Origin: Eubacteriales bacterium
Lineage (GTDB): Bacteria; Bacillota; Clostridia; Oscillospirales; CAG-272
Direction: 5' to 3'
Assembly (NCBI GenBank): GCA_045593985.1
Contig: JAZNXR010000095.1
Coordinates: 1 to 49,920, forward strand
DNA: 49,920 bases
Part shown: one piece after another, positions 37,726 to 46,862 of the stretch
Layout: each line of letters starts with the position of its first letter
Numbering within the stretch: position 1 is the first letter of the stretch
The notes under the pieces: model-generated
What the model saw: only the letters and a program-made list of their open reading frames with translations
The model's database searches: none
Told to the model about the DNA's origin: nothing
Made by a program: the position numbers and the translations under genes

Positions 37726-38713
37726 TTGCCTTCTCCTGTCTTTCTTTATCATACTTTTCATAAGCGAGAATTATCTGCTGAACAAGACGGTGTCTTACTA
37801 CGTCACGCTCGGTGAAATAGTGAATTGCAATATCGTCAATTCCTTCAAGAACGTGAATAGCCTCGACAAGTCCGCTTCTCGTTCCTCTCGGCAGGTCTGT
37901 TTGGGTGATATCGCCCGTCACGATTGCCTTTGAATTTGAGCCGAGACGGGTAAGAAACATTTTCATCTGCTCGGGCGTTGTATTTTGCGCCTCGTCGAGA
38001 ATTATAAAGGAGTCGTCAAGAGTTCTGCCTCGCATATATGCAAGAGGAGCGATCTCGATTATTCCCTTTTCTACGTTTCTTTGATAGTTCTCGGATCCAA
38101 GCATTTCAAAGAGCGCATCATAAAGAGGACGGAGGTACGGATCGATCTTATTCTGAAGGTCGCCAGGAAGATATCCGAGCTTCTCGCCCGCTTCAACAGC
38201 CGGTCTTGTAAGAATGATTCTTGAAACCTGCTTTGAGCGAAGCGCCTTGACCGCCATCGCAACTGCAAGGAAGGTCTTACCGGTTCCCGCGGGCCCTATG
38301 CCCATTACAACCGTGTTTTTTCTTATGAGATCAACGTATCTGCTTTGACCGACCGTCTTTGCCTTTATCGGCTTTCCTCTCGTTGTGATGCAGATACAGT
38401 CGCCGTCGAAACCGGATAGCTCCTCGTTTTTACCGTCACGCACCATCGAGATAACATAATCGACGTTTTGAGAGGTGATATTATTATTCAGCGCTGCAAT
38501 TTTTTGTAGATATTTCAGCGCTTCCGTTGCACTGTAAACTGCCGCCTCGTCATTTCCGATAACGGCAATTACGCTGCCTCCCGCAAGCTCGCTGTCACGC
38601 GTGACAAGTCGCACGCCGAAGCTTTCTTCTATTCTTTTGGCATTTACGTCGAGACCGCCGAATAGCATCGCGGTCTGTTCAATGCTGTCTGTTTTTACGG
38701 TTTTTTCTACCAT
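37691..38713 (-). CDS. phoH: PhoH-like ATPase
   Basis: GPAGTGKT, RPAVEAGEKLGYLPG, YMRGRT, DEAQN and VVRH motifs. Confidence 0.97.
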   Translation of the reverse strand: MVEKTVKTDSIEQTAMLFGGLDVNAKRIEESFGVRLVTRDSELAGGSVIAVIGNDEAAVYSATEALKYLQKIAALNNNITSQNVDYVISMVRDGKNEELSGFDGDCICITTRGKPIKAKTVGQSRYVDLIRKNTVVMGIGPAGTGKTFLAVAMAVKALRSKQVSRIILTRPAVEAGEKLGYLPGDLQNKIDPYLRPLYDALFEMLGSENYQRNVEKGIIEIAPLAYMRGRTLDDSFIILDEAQNTTPEQMKMFLTRLGSNSKAIVTGDITQTDLPRGTRSGLVEAIHVLEGIDDIAIHYFTERDVVRHRLVQQIILAYEKYDKERQEKANERASRHFHKK

Positions 38714-38722
38714 TATTAACCT

Positions 38723-39925
38723 CTATACAAGTCCTATCGGAATTTGTTTTCCTATGTCTATTATACATTCGACTTCCCAAGTCAAAATTACTACGCCGTC
38801 TTTAACTACGCTGTTTACCGTTTTGGCAATCAGCTCTGCACCCTCAAGCTCCGATATGCAGATTGAAGATATTTCCTTTTCGGCAATTTTGAGTGCCTCG
38901 TCCTCCGTATAAGAATACTCCTGCTCAGTAGATATCAGCGCATATTCTTTTACAACCGCAATGGGAAGCGGTATATGGAAGCTATCCTTCATGCTTTCAA
39001 AAAGGACAACTCGCTTTCTCTCCTTTATTATATCACACTCTTTACCCAAAATGCTACTGTTTTCTTTAAGTTTAATCGATTTTCCAAAGAAAACAAGGGA
39101 CTTTTTTGCTAATACCTTTTCGTTTGAAGTAATTTTTACTCCGTTTAGCGGTACGGAAACGGAGAAAACACGTTTTGTCAATGCGAAAACGCTTCCCTTT
39201 GCACGAGTCAACGTGAATCTTCCAGTGTCAGCACCGTGTCCGATTTTCACCACTCCGCTAATAAGCAGCTGCCCCTTTTTTACCACGTCACCCGCCTTGA
39301 CCTGAGTTTCTCCATCAACCGTTTCCGTTCGGACAATGATGCCGTCATAATCGGCAACGATATTTGCAGGTGTTCCGTTATCAAGCTCGCCCTTTTTATC
39401 ACGTTCAATAAGCTTTACACGGGCTGACGTTCCTTCCATGTTGACCGATATCCAGGCGACGTTTTCATTTTCAAGGATAAACTCATGGCAGAGGTCATAA
39501 AAATCGACATCGGATATATGCGCTCCGACGGAAAAGCCGAACTTGTTCAGAGTGTCTATCACCTCGGAGTCAGAAATAGACTCGTTTCCCTCAACCGTAA
39601 TGTCCCAAACGTATCTTGTCGACATTACTGTCAGCGTAATAATGATCGCAAGGCCGACAAGCAAGCCGTAGCGGTGGCGGTAGCGGTATATCAGCTGCGG
39701 AAGGCCTGTTCTTTTATGATTTCGGAAAACGCTTTTGTCAATTTCATTAATCAGCTTTTTGTATTCAAGCTCGGTGACCGTGAAGCTGACTCTGCCGTCC
39801 TTTTCGCTCGTATTTCCGTATTTTATGCCTTTTTTTGCCATTACAGTGGCAATATTCGAGAATACCCTCTTTGAGCAGGAAAGATATCTCACGCCGACAA
39901 AAAATGCGATAAGCCATTTTATCAT
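38723..39925 (-). CDS. yqfD: Sporulation protein YqfD
   Basis: TM segment followed by VWDITVEGN, NIVA..DGII and GDVVKKGQLLISG. ATG at 39925 overlaps the yqfC stop (ATGA). Confidence 0.9.
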   Translation of the reverse strand: MIKWLIAFFVGVRYLSCSKRVFSNIATVMAKKGIKYGNTSEKDGRVSFTVTELEYKKLINEIDKSVFRNHKRTGLPQLIYRYRHRYGLLVGLAIIITLTVMSTRYVWDITVEGNESISDSEVIDTLNKFGFSVGAHISDVDFYDLCHEFILENENVAWISVNMEGTSARVKLIERDKKGELDNGTPANIVADYDGIIVRTETVDGETQVKAGDVVKKGQLLISGVVKIGHGADTGRFTLTRAKGSVFALTKRVFSVSVPLNGVKITSNEKVLAKKSLVFFGKSIKLKENSSILGKECDIIKERKRVVLFESMKDSFHIPLPIAVVKEYALISTEQEYSYTEDEALKIAEKEISSICISELEGAELIAKTVNSVVKDGVVILTWEVECIIDIGKQIPIGLV

Positions 39926-40188
39926 TTTTCGCCTCCGAGTGAAACCGTTATTATCAACCCCGAAATTGTCGCCGTACGTTCGCCGTATGACGATAAGGAA
40001 AGATCTCTGCCGCAAACTGTCAATTCGTATTCCTTCATTGCCAGAATTACCTTATCGGAGCAATAGTCAATTATTCTGCGGCAGCCGTTTATCCTTACAA
40101 ACGAATTGGATATTATCTCAATATTACTGCCGCCAAAGGCATCCTCGGGCAGGTCTGCCATTTGTAATAAACGCTTTTTGAGATTCAT
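39922..40188 (-). CDS. yqfC: YabP/YqfC family sporulation protein
   Basis: LPED, I.GCRRIIDY, GRDL and ISGLI motifs; upstream of yqfD. Confidence 0.88.
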   Translation of the reverse strand: MNLKKRLLQMADLPEDAFGGSNIEIISNSFVRINGCRRIIDYCSDKVILAMKEYELTVCGRDLSLSSYGERTATISGLIITVSLGGEK

Positions 40189-40226
40189 ATATGAATATCT
40201 CCCATCGTAATTTTATATAGTATAAT

Positions 40227-40255
40227 AAAATATGCAAAAGTCGGGAGCATAATTC
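40227..40255 (-). promoter_or_regulatory. Candidate sigmaE promoter of yqfC-yqfD
   Basis: Minus strand GAATT-N16-CATATTTT. Confidence 0.45.
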
Positions 40256-41170
40256 ATGGGCAGGTTAAAGGCGATTTTCGGTTACGTTTCGCTGTTCTTA
40301 ATATTCGTTTTTACTATCTTTTCAAACGAAACGGCAATGTCTGCATTAAGCTCGATCAGGCTTTGCTACCGTGTGCTTGTGCCTACCCTCTTTCCCATGA
40401 TGGTATTGACGGGAATCGCAATTCGGTTGGGCGCTTTAAATTCACTTGGAAAGCTCGGCAACAGGCTCTTTTCGCCCCTATTCGGAATTAACGGGAAATA
40501 TTTTATCTCCTTTATAATCGGAGCTTTAGGCTCTGCGCCAACCGGGGCTTTGGCAGTTAAGAATCTGACCTTTGAGGGCGATAATGACGACGAGGCACAA
40601 AGCGGTATGCTTCTTTCATCGGTCGTTTCCTTCGGATTTATTTATTCTGTTATCGGACTTAACTATTTTCACAGCGGTCTGCACGGAATTTTACTCTTTC
40701 TTTTTCAAATAATTTCCGTAATGATAACGGCAGCTTTTCTTCGTCCAAGAAAAAGGCTAACAGACGTAATTCGCGTTGCCCGCAGTCCCGAAAAGCTTTC
40801 AAAGGCGGTAGCGTTTTCAATTCGTGATGCGGCGAGCGGTATGCTGTCGATTTGCGGTAGCGTTATATTTTTCTCGGCGCTCTCGGGAGTTATTGTATCG
40901 CTTCCCCTCCCTCAAGGGATCAAGATTTTTGTTTGTCCGTTTTTTGAGCTTGTGTCGGGAATCCAATATCTTTCGGGGAAATTTGCAGAAAACACTTTAT
41001 TCGTAATTATTTCGAGCGCTGTCGGATGGTCGGGCTTGTCTATGATTTTTCAGACGATCTCGGTTTCGGGTGATGAGATTTCGCCGAGCAAATACATAAT
41101 AGGCAGAGCCGTTTCGGCACTCATCTGCCCGATGCTTGCTTTGCTTGCGATTTGGTTAAGAATTATTTGA
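40256..41170 (+). CDS. ylbJ: YlbJ-like sporulation integral membrane protein
   Basis: LVPTLFPMMV, PLFGI, ICGSVIFFS, FELVSG and GWSGLS..Q motifs; divergent from yqfC. Confidence 0.78.
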   Translation: MGRLKAIFGYVSLFLIFVFTIFSNETAMSALSSIRLCYRVLVPTLFPMMVLTGIAIRLGALNSLGKLGNRLFSPLFGINGKYFISFIIGALGSAPTGALAVKNLTFEGDNDDEAQSGMLLSSVVSFGFIYSVIGLNYFHSGLHGILLFLFQIISVMITAAFLRPRKRLTDVIRVARSPEKLSKAVAFSIRDAASGMLSICGSVIFFSALSGVIVSLPLPQGIKIFVCPFFELVSGIQYLSGKFAENTLFVIISSAVGWSGLSMIFQTISVSGDEISPSKYIIGRAVSALICPMLALLAIWLRII

Positions 41171-41188
41171 GATTTTGCAAGAAAGCTA

Positions 41189-41217
41189 TTGCAATAATTC
41201 ATTTTTTGTGTTATAAT
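41189..41217 (+). promoter_or_regulatory. sigmaA promoter
   Basis: TTGCAA-N17-TATAAT with TG extension. Confidence 0.75.
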
Positions 41218-41270
41218 TGCTTCATATTTACCGTAAAAGGCAAAAATAATGACAATTTGCGGAGGCAAAA

Positions 41271-42707
41271 ATGCAAGAAAAGAGAATTCCCGCCCTGTCG
41301 GACAAGCTCGAATTTTCGTCTGCAACGAATCTTCTTGAGCAATCATCATATAAATATCAGCTTCAGGAGCGAGAAACTCCTAATCTATACCGTCATCTTT
41401 TCGACTACGAAAGCATACCGAAGGTCTCCTTCAACCATCGCTTCGTACCGATAAATATGCCCGAAAATATTTGGATAACCGATACGACCTTCCGTGACGG
41501 TCAGCAGTCTACCTCTCCCTTCACAGTAAGACAGATCGTTGAGATATTCAAGATGCTTCACCGTCTCGGTGGACCTAAGGGCTTGGTGCGTCAGAGCGAG
41601 TTTTTCGTATATTCCGAAAAGGATCGCCGTGCAGTTGAGGAATGTCTTGCTCTCGGCTATGATTTCCCCGAGGTTACATCCTGGATCAGAGCTAACGAGA
41701 AGGATTTTGAGCTTGTAAAATCTATCGGCATCAAGGAAACGGGCGTGCTTGTTTCCTGCTCCGACTATCACATTTACAACAAAATGGGGCTTACCCGTGC
41801 AAAGGCTATGGATAAGTATCTTGGAATCGTCAAGAGCGTTCTTGACAAGGGGATCCGTCCCCGTTGCCATTTTGAGGATATTACGCGTGCCGATTACTAT
41901 GGCTTCGTTGTTCCCTTTGCCGAGGCTCTGACTCGCCTCAGCGAGGAAAGCGGCGTTCCGATCAAGATTCGTGCTTGTGACACAATGGGCTTCGGAGTTT
42001 CTTACCCCGGTGCAGCACTTCCCCGAAGCGTTCCCGGAATAATCTACGGTCTTCAGCACTATGCGGGAGTTCCGAGCGAGCTTCTTGAGTGGCACGGTCA
42101 CAACGACTTCTATAAGGTCGTTACCAATGCATCCACCGCTTGGCTCTACGGCTGCTCGGGCATCAACTGCGCCCTGCTCGGAATCGGTGAGCGTACCGGA
42201 AACTGTCCGCTTGAGGCAATGGCAATCGAATACGCTTCTCTCCGCGGCACGACCGACGGTATGGATCTCTCCGTTATCACAGAAATTGCAAACTTCTTTG
42301 AGCGCGATATCGGATATGAAATTCCGCCTAAGACTCCCTTTGTCGGACGTAACTTCAATATGACAAGAGCCGGCATTCACGCTGACGGACTTCTTAAGGA
42401 TCAGGAAATTTACAACATTTTCGACACCGAAAAGATACTCGGCCGTCCTGCAACCGTATCGGTTGACAAGCACTCCGGTCTTGCGGGAATCGCATTCTGG
42501 ATCAACGGCTACTTCCGTCTGAATGACGAGGACAAGATCGACAAGAAGGCTCCCTTTGTTGCTAAAATCAAGGAGATCGTCGACCGTGAGTATGAGGAAG
42601 GCAGAACGACCGCTATGGGCGATGACGAGCTTGACAACATTATGAGAGACGTTGATTTCGACGAATACGAGCGTCTTTGCCATATTCACGTTAAAAAGAG
42701 AAAATAA
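41271..42707 (+). CDS. DRE-TIM metallolyase, Re-citrate synthase-like (isopropylmalate/homocitrate synthase family)
   Basis: ITDTTFRDGQQ, RQSEFF, HFEDITRAD, WHGHNDF, GIGERTGN and AGIHADG motifs; no LeuA regulatory domain. Confidence 0.85.
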   Translation: MQEKRIPALSDKLEFSSATNLLEQSSYKYQLQERETPNLYRHLFDYESIPKVSFNHRFVPINMPENIWITDTTFRDGQQSTSPFTVRQIVEIFKMLHRLGGPKGLVRQSEFFVYSEKDRRAVEECLALGYDFPEVTSWIRANEKDFELVKSIGIKETGVLVSCSDYHIYNKMGLTRAKAMDKYLGIVKSVLDKGIRPRCHFEDITRADYYGFVVPFAEALTRLSEESGVPIKIRACDTMGFGVSYPGAALPRSVPGIIYGLQHYAGVPSELLEWHGHNDFYKVVTNASTAWLYGCSGINCALLGIGERTGNCPLEAMAIEYASLRGTTDGMDLSVITEIANFFERDIGYEIPPKTPFVGRNFNMTRAGIHADGLLKDQEIYNIFDTEKILGRPATVSVDKHSGLAGIAFWINGYFRLNDEDKIDKKAPFVAKIKEIVDREYEEGRTTAMGDDELDNIMRDVDFDEYERLCHIHVKKRK

Positions 42708-42714
42708 AAAAAAT

Positions 42715-42746
42715 CACCCGAAAAGCCTTGCTTTTCGGGTGTTTTT
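42715..42746. terminator. Bidirectional intrinsic terminator
   Basis: CACCCGAAAAGC-ctt-GCTTTTCGGGTG with A and T tracts. Confidence 0.9.
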
Positions 42747-42756
42747 AAATCTAAAA

Positions 42757-43503
42757 TCAGCTATTGTATATTGCATCAAGAAGCGTTACGTTCATGCTCG
42801 CAGCAGTCGCGCGTCTTTTCTCAACGATGCGTTCCATTTCGCTAATTACCTTTCTCGAATAGCTGTCCTCATACGTGCCTTCTCTCATGAGACGGTCGCC
42901 GTACTTCCAGCCACCGTGGTAATAAATCAGCGATTTATGCTTATCTCCGTTCAGTCTTGTCAAATAAACATCAAGGAAATAAGTGCCGGAAATTACATTC
43001 TGCTCGAAATCCATCAGGTCTGTAATACCGAGTCTTCTATTCAGATTATTGAAGTTTGATTTCGATATTTGCATAATGCCGAGGTACTGCTTATTCTTAC
43101 CGACCGCATTTACGTTGTATCTCGTTTCAACGTACATAACAGCGAAAATCAGCTCCTCGTCCACGCCGAATCTCTTGCCGATTTTTTCGACCAGCTTCTG
43201 CTGATCAACCGTCAAAGGTACGTCATAAGGAACGAAAACATCGTTTGAGGTCAAGCCTGTCGTTTCTGCGATTTCGGGCTCTTTTGTCGTTTCGGTGGGA
43301 GACTCGACCGAAATTCCGATATCGGGACGGCTAACGTCTGCGGTTTCGTTTTCGGTTACCGTTTCCTCGTCTTCAACGCCGCTCGTTTCCTCGCTTATTA
43401 CGTCACTTGTGGTGACATCGGGTATATCTTTTGCCGAGTTTAAAGCGCAGGATGAAAGCAGCATTATCGCCGCCAAGAGCGCTGTAAACAGTCTAATTTT
43501 CAT
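42757..43503 (-). CDS. Lipoprotein with a lytic transglycosylase (SLT) domain
   Basis: Lipobox LSSC, T/E-rich linker, then AVMYVETRY, GIMQI, QNVISG.YFL and YHGG. Confidence 0.88.
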   Translation of the reverse strand: MKIRLFTALLAAIMLLSSCALNSAKDIPDVTTSDVISEETSGVEDEETVTENETADVSRPDIGISVESPTETTKEPEIAETTGLTSNDVFVPYDVPLTVDQQKLVEKIGKRFGVDEELIFAVMYVETRYNVNAVGKNKQYLGIMQISKSNFNNLNRRLGITDLMDFEQNVISGTYFLDVYLTRLNGDKHKSLIYYHGGWKYGDRLMREGTYEDSYSRKVISEMERIVEKRRATAASMNVTLLDAIYNS

Positions 43504-43657
43504 ATTTTAAGCCTACTCGAAAGGGGTTATTCCCTCTTCCTTTCTTACATTTATTACTACGATTATATGCTTAAAAGAGTAATTTTGATACAGTATTTGG
43601 AAAAAAATTGAAATAAAATCTAAATGTTGTGGGCAAAAAATGCCCTTAAATACTTCG

Positions 43658-43690
43658 TGAGGGCTGACACGAAATTCGCGTCAGCCCTCA
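43658..43690. terminator. Hairpin downstream of rpsR
   Basis: TGAGGGCTGAC-acgaaattcgc-GTCAGCCCTCA; the T tract is on the plus-strand side only. Confidence 0.65.
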
Positions 43691-43699
43691 TTTTTAATT

Positions 43700-43957
43700 T
43701 TAGTCGCTGATATAAGGGATAAGCGCCATGTGGCGTGCTCTCTTGATAGCGATAGTAAGCTGACGCTGATGATAAGCGCAGGTTCCGGTCACTCTTCTGG
43801 GAAGGATCTTGGAGCGCTCGCTTACGCACTTTCTTAATCTGCTTACGTCTTTGTAATCGACATAGTCGATCTTATCAGCGCAGAACTGACAAACCTTCTT
43901 GTGTCTCTTGTTCTGACGGAAGGGCTTCTGCGGCTGAGTTGCCTGATTGTTATCCAT
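43700..43957 (-). CDS. rpsR: 30S ribosomal protein S18 (zinc-binding C+ type)
   Basis: KKVCQFC...[22 protein letters not shown] and AIKRAR. Confidence 0.99.
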   Translation of the reverse strand: MDNNQATQPQKPFRQNKRHKKVCQFCADKIDYVDYKDVSRLRKCVSERSKILPRRVTGTCAYHQRQLTIAIKRARHMALIPYISD

Positions 43958-43991
43958 CTTACATTCCTCCTGTTAAATTTAAACTGTGCTC

Positions 43992-44471
43992 TCAGAAGGG
44001 CAGGTCGTCGTCGTTTGACATCTCCTCGAATTTAGGAGCCGACTCTGTCTGAGAAGCGAAAGAGGGAGCATAGCTACCGGCATTATAGGAGGCGCCGAAT
44101 CCACCCTGATCGGTAACCGAGCTATCGCCCTTAGAATCGACGAACATTACGTCGTCTGCTACGATCTCAAGGTCATATCTCTTCTGCTCGTGCTTATCAG
44201 TCCACTGGCGCATCTGAATAGAGCCCGTTACACAAATAGCACTTCCCTTACGGAAATAGCGGGAAACAAACTCCGCCTGCTGACGCCATGCGACAACGGT
44301 GATAAAGTCTGCAACCGACTGCGACTGACCTTCATTGTTCTTCGGCTGGTATCTGCGGGATACACCTACACGGAAGGAGCATACGGGAATACCGCTCTGC
44401 GTAGTTCTCATTTCGGGATCTGCTGCAAGATGACCTGCCAGAACAACCTTATTAAGATTCAAGCTTGCCAT
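43992..44471 (-). CDS. ssb: Single-stranded DNA-binding protein
   Basis: LNKVVLAG.L..DPE, DFI.VVAW and C-terminal DDDLPF. Confidence 0.98.
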   Translation of the reverse strand: MASLNLNKVVLAGHLAADPEMRTTQSGIPVCSFRVGVSRRYQPKNNEGQSQSVADFITVVAWRQQAEFVSRYFRKGSAICVTGSIQMRQWTDKHEQKRYDLEIVADDVMFVDSKGDSSVTDQGGFGASYNAGSYAPSFASQTESAPKFEEMSNDDDLPF

Positions 44472-44486
44472 AATAATACCTCCAAA

Positions 44487-44783
44487 TTATGCTTCCTTAG
44501 CGATTACCATGGAACGGAGAATACCGTCCGTGATGCTGAAAACTCTCTCAAGCTCTGCGGGGAAATCCGTGGGAGCGGAGAAATTAACAAGCACATAGTA
44601 ACCTTCGTTCATGTCGTTGATCGGGTAAGCGAGACGACGCTTGCCCCACTCGTTAACCTCGTTAACGGTGCCGTTATCGGCGATGAGAGAAGTGAACTTC
44701 TCAACGAGAGCCTTAACGCCCTCCTCGCCGGGGGTAAGATCAACTACGAACAGGACTTCGTAAGACATGTTGTTCTTTTCCAT
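44487..44783 (-). CDS. rpsF: 30S ribosomal protein S6
   Basis: YEVLF, WGKRRLAYPI and EGYY motifs. Confidence 0.98.
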   Translation of the reverse strand: MEKNNMSYEVLFVVDLTPGEEGVKALVEKFTSLIADNGTVNEVNEWGKRRLAYPINDMNEGYYVLVNFSAPTDFPAELERVFSITDGILRSMVIAKEA

Positions 44784-44788
44784 TTTTT

Positions 44789-44841
44789 ACACCTCCTTAT
44801 GGACATAAGACCGCCGCTATCAGATTTTCGGCGGCAAGGAG
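44789..44841 (-). ncRNA. S6:S18 (rpsF) ribosomal protein leader, cis-regulatory RNA
   Basis: Minus strand CTCCTT-GCCGCCGAAAATCTGATAGCGGCGG-TCTTATGTCCAT-AAGGAG-GTG: anti-SD pairs with the SD, with an inner hairpin and a CCA in the internal loop, as in Firmicute rpsF leaders. Confidence 0.75.
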
Positions 44842-44864
44842 AAAACAAAAGTTTTCACCCTACT

Positions 44865-44893
44865 ATTATAAATCAGATAATTAAATATGTCAA
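44865..44893 (-). promoter_or_regulatory. sigmaA promoter of rpsF-ssb-rpsR
   Basis: Minus strand TTGACA-N17-TATAAT. Confidence 0.88.
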
Positions 44894-45009
44894 TGATTTT
44901 TTTCAAAAAAACTGTTATTTGTTTCCTTTTTACCACTTTTGATATACTTAAAAGTGCTTTTTTGTGCCAATTTTGGGCACAAAATCGCAGGCGTCGTATA
45001 ATCGATCAA

Positions 45010-45035
45010 AAAAAGCCCGCAAATGCGGGCTTTTT
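45010..45035. terminator. Intrinsic terminator of the GH35 gene (bidirectional form)
   Basis: AAAAAGCCCGC-aaat-GCGGGCTTTTT. Confidence 0.88.
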
Positions 45036-45043
45036 CTTATTGA

Positions 45044-46828
45044 TTATCTGCCGAGGTCGTGAACGTCAACGAATTCAACGTCGAGCGTTGCGGTTTCGTC
45101 GTTTTCGAATATGATGATCTCGTTTACGCCTTCCTTAAGGATAGGAGCGGGAACGTAGAGAGTCTTCTGCGGTCCGATCTTCCAGTATCTACCGAGGTTG
45201 AAGCCGTTGATTACAACAAAGCCCTTGGTGAAGCCGTCGAGCTTGAGGAAGGTATCGCAGGGCTTGCCCTCAATTTCAAGCTCTGCCTTGAAGAAGTTAG
45301 CGCCAACGAGGGGCTTTTCTTCGGTAGGAACGTTCTCGATGGGCTTGAAGTCGAGCTTTTCGAGGTTGTTCATCGGGAGAGTGTAGATATCCCATCCGTG
45401 GTGCTGGCACTGCGCGAAGCGAATACGTGTGCATCCCTTGCGGTCAGCCATGAAGGGGCCGTAGTTGATTCTTCCCTGGTTCTCTACGAGAACGTCGAGC
45501 TTTGCGCTTTCGCCGAAGCCGATCGGAATAGATACTGCCTCTTCATCCTTAACGGGATTATTTCTGTGGTAGGTTGCCTTATATTCGCCGTTGACGTAGA
45601 TGTTAGCTCTGTCGTGGAGCTCGTCGATATGAAGCGGCCAACCCTCCATCGGGCCGGGGATCTCGGCGCTGTACAGGATATATCCGAACGACTGACCGAA
45701 GTCCTCCATAGGTCTCGGTGCGGGAGCACGGAACTTCTTACCGATATTGTCGAGGTTATCGAAGAGATTTGCGGTCTTGGCCATTGTAACCTTGCCGTAT
45801 GCCTTCTTCTCGGTTTCCTTTGCGGTAAGCGCGGGAACCTTGTCCTCGCCGTACTTTGCGATAATGGTGTCACGGAATGCGTAGTACATAGGTGTACGGT
45901 CGCCTGCTTCGTTAAGAGGTGCGCCGTAGTCGTAGCTCGTGGTGTCGAAATATGCCTTTTCAAACATATTCGCGCCTGCCCAGAAGTTAAAGTTCGTGCC
46001 GCCGTGGAACATATACACGTTGATCGATGCGTCGATCTCAAGGAAGTCCTTGAGGTCGTTAACACAGGTCATATAATCACGGGTGACTGCCTTCTTTTCC
46101 CACTGGTCGAACCAACCGTTCCAATACTCGCCGCACATAAGGGGCTGATCGGGGCGGAATTCCTCAAGCTTGGTGAACTGACGCTTGGGATCGGAGCCGA
46201 AGTTAGCAACGCAGAGATACTCGGGAAGCGTACCGCCGTTGAGCATCGTGTACTCGGGGCCGTCGGAGGTGAAGTAGAGCGCCTTTGCGCCGTACTTATC
46301 GTACATAGCAGCAACAGCACGGAGATATTCCTTATCGGAACCGAAGCTGCCGTACTCGTTTTCGACCTGGATCATTACGATGTTACCGCCATTACCCGAG
46401 AAATGCTTATGAAGACGGGTAAGAAGCTCCTTATAGTATCTGTCTACCTTGGAGAGATAAACCTCGTTGTTACAACGGATATCTATATCACGGTAGGTGA
46501 GAAGCCATGCGGGAAGACCGCCGCAATCCCACTCTGCACAGATGTAGGGACCGGGACGGAGAATTACGTAAAGTCCGAGATCGGTTGCGGTCTGAACGTA
46601 CTTTTCAATGTCAAGCATACCGGAAAAGTCGAACTTTCCTTCTTCCGGCTCGTGAAGGTTCCAGCAGGTATAGGTCTCAACGGTGTTGAAGCCGCACTCC
46701 TTGAGCTTAAGAAGACGGTCGTACCAGTAATCCTCGGGAATACGGAAATAGTGCATCGTACCCGAGATAATTTCGATCGGCTCGCCATCCATATAGAACT
46801 GCTTGCCCTTAAAAGTCAAATTTGGCAT
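45044..46828 (-). CDS. Glycoside hydrolase family 35 beta-galactosidase
   Basis: ISGTMHYFR, WNLHEP, RPGPYICAEW, QVENEYGS, EYWNGWF, YMFHGGTNF, SYDY and LGRYW..GPQ motifs. Confidence 0.96.
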   Translation of the reverse strand: MPNLTFKGKQFYMDGEPIEIISGTMHYFRIPEDYWYDRLLKLKECGFNTVETYTCWNLHEPEEGKFDFSGMLDIEKYVQTATDLGLYVILRPGPYICAEWDCGGLPAWLLTYRDIDIRCNNEVYLSKVDRYYKELLTRLHKHFSGNGGNIVMIQVENEYGSFGSDKEYLRAVAAMYDKYGAKALYFTSDGPEYTMLNGGTLPEYLCVANFGSDPKRQFTKLEEFRPDQPLMCGEYWNGWFDQWEKKAVTRDYMTCVNDLKDFLEIDASINVYMFHGGTNFNFWAGANMFEKAYFDTTSYDYGAPLNEAGDRTPMYYAFRDTIIAKYGEDKVPALTAKETEKKAYGKVTMAKTANLFDNLDNIGKKFRAPAPRPMEDFGQSFGYILYSAEIPGPMEGWPLHIDELHDRANIYVNGEYKATYHRNNPVKDEEAVSIPIGFGESAKLDVLVENQGRINYGPFMADRKGCTRIRFAQCQHHGWDIYTLPMNNLEKLDFKPIENVPTEEKPLVGANFFKAELEIEGKPCDTFLKLDGFTKGFVVINGFNLGRYWKIGPQKTLYVPAPILKEGVNEIIIFENDETATLDVEFVDVHDLGR

Positions 46829-46862
46829 AATTTTCCCTCTCTTTCGTTTGAGAACATTTTAC

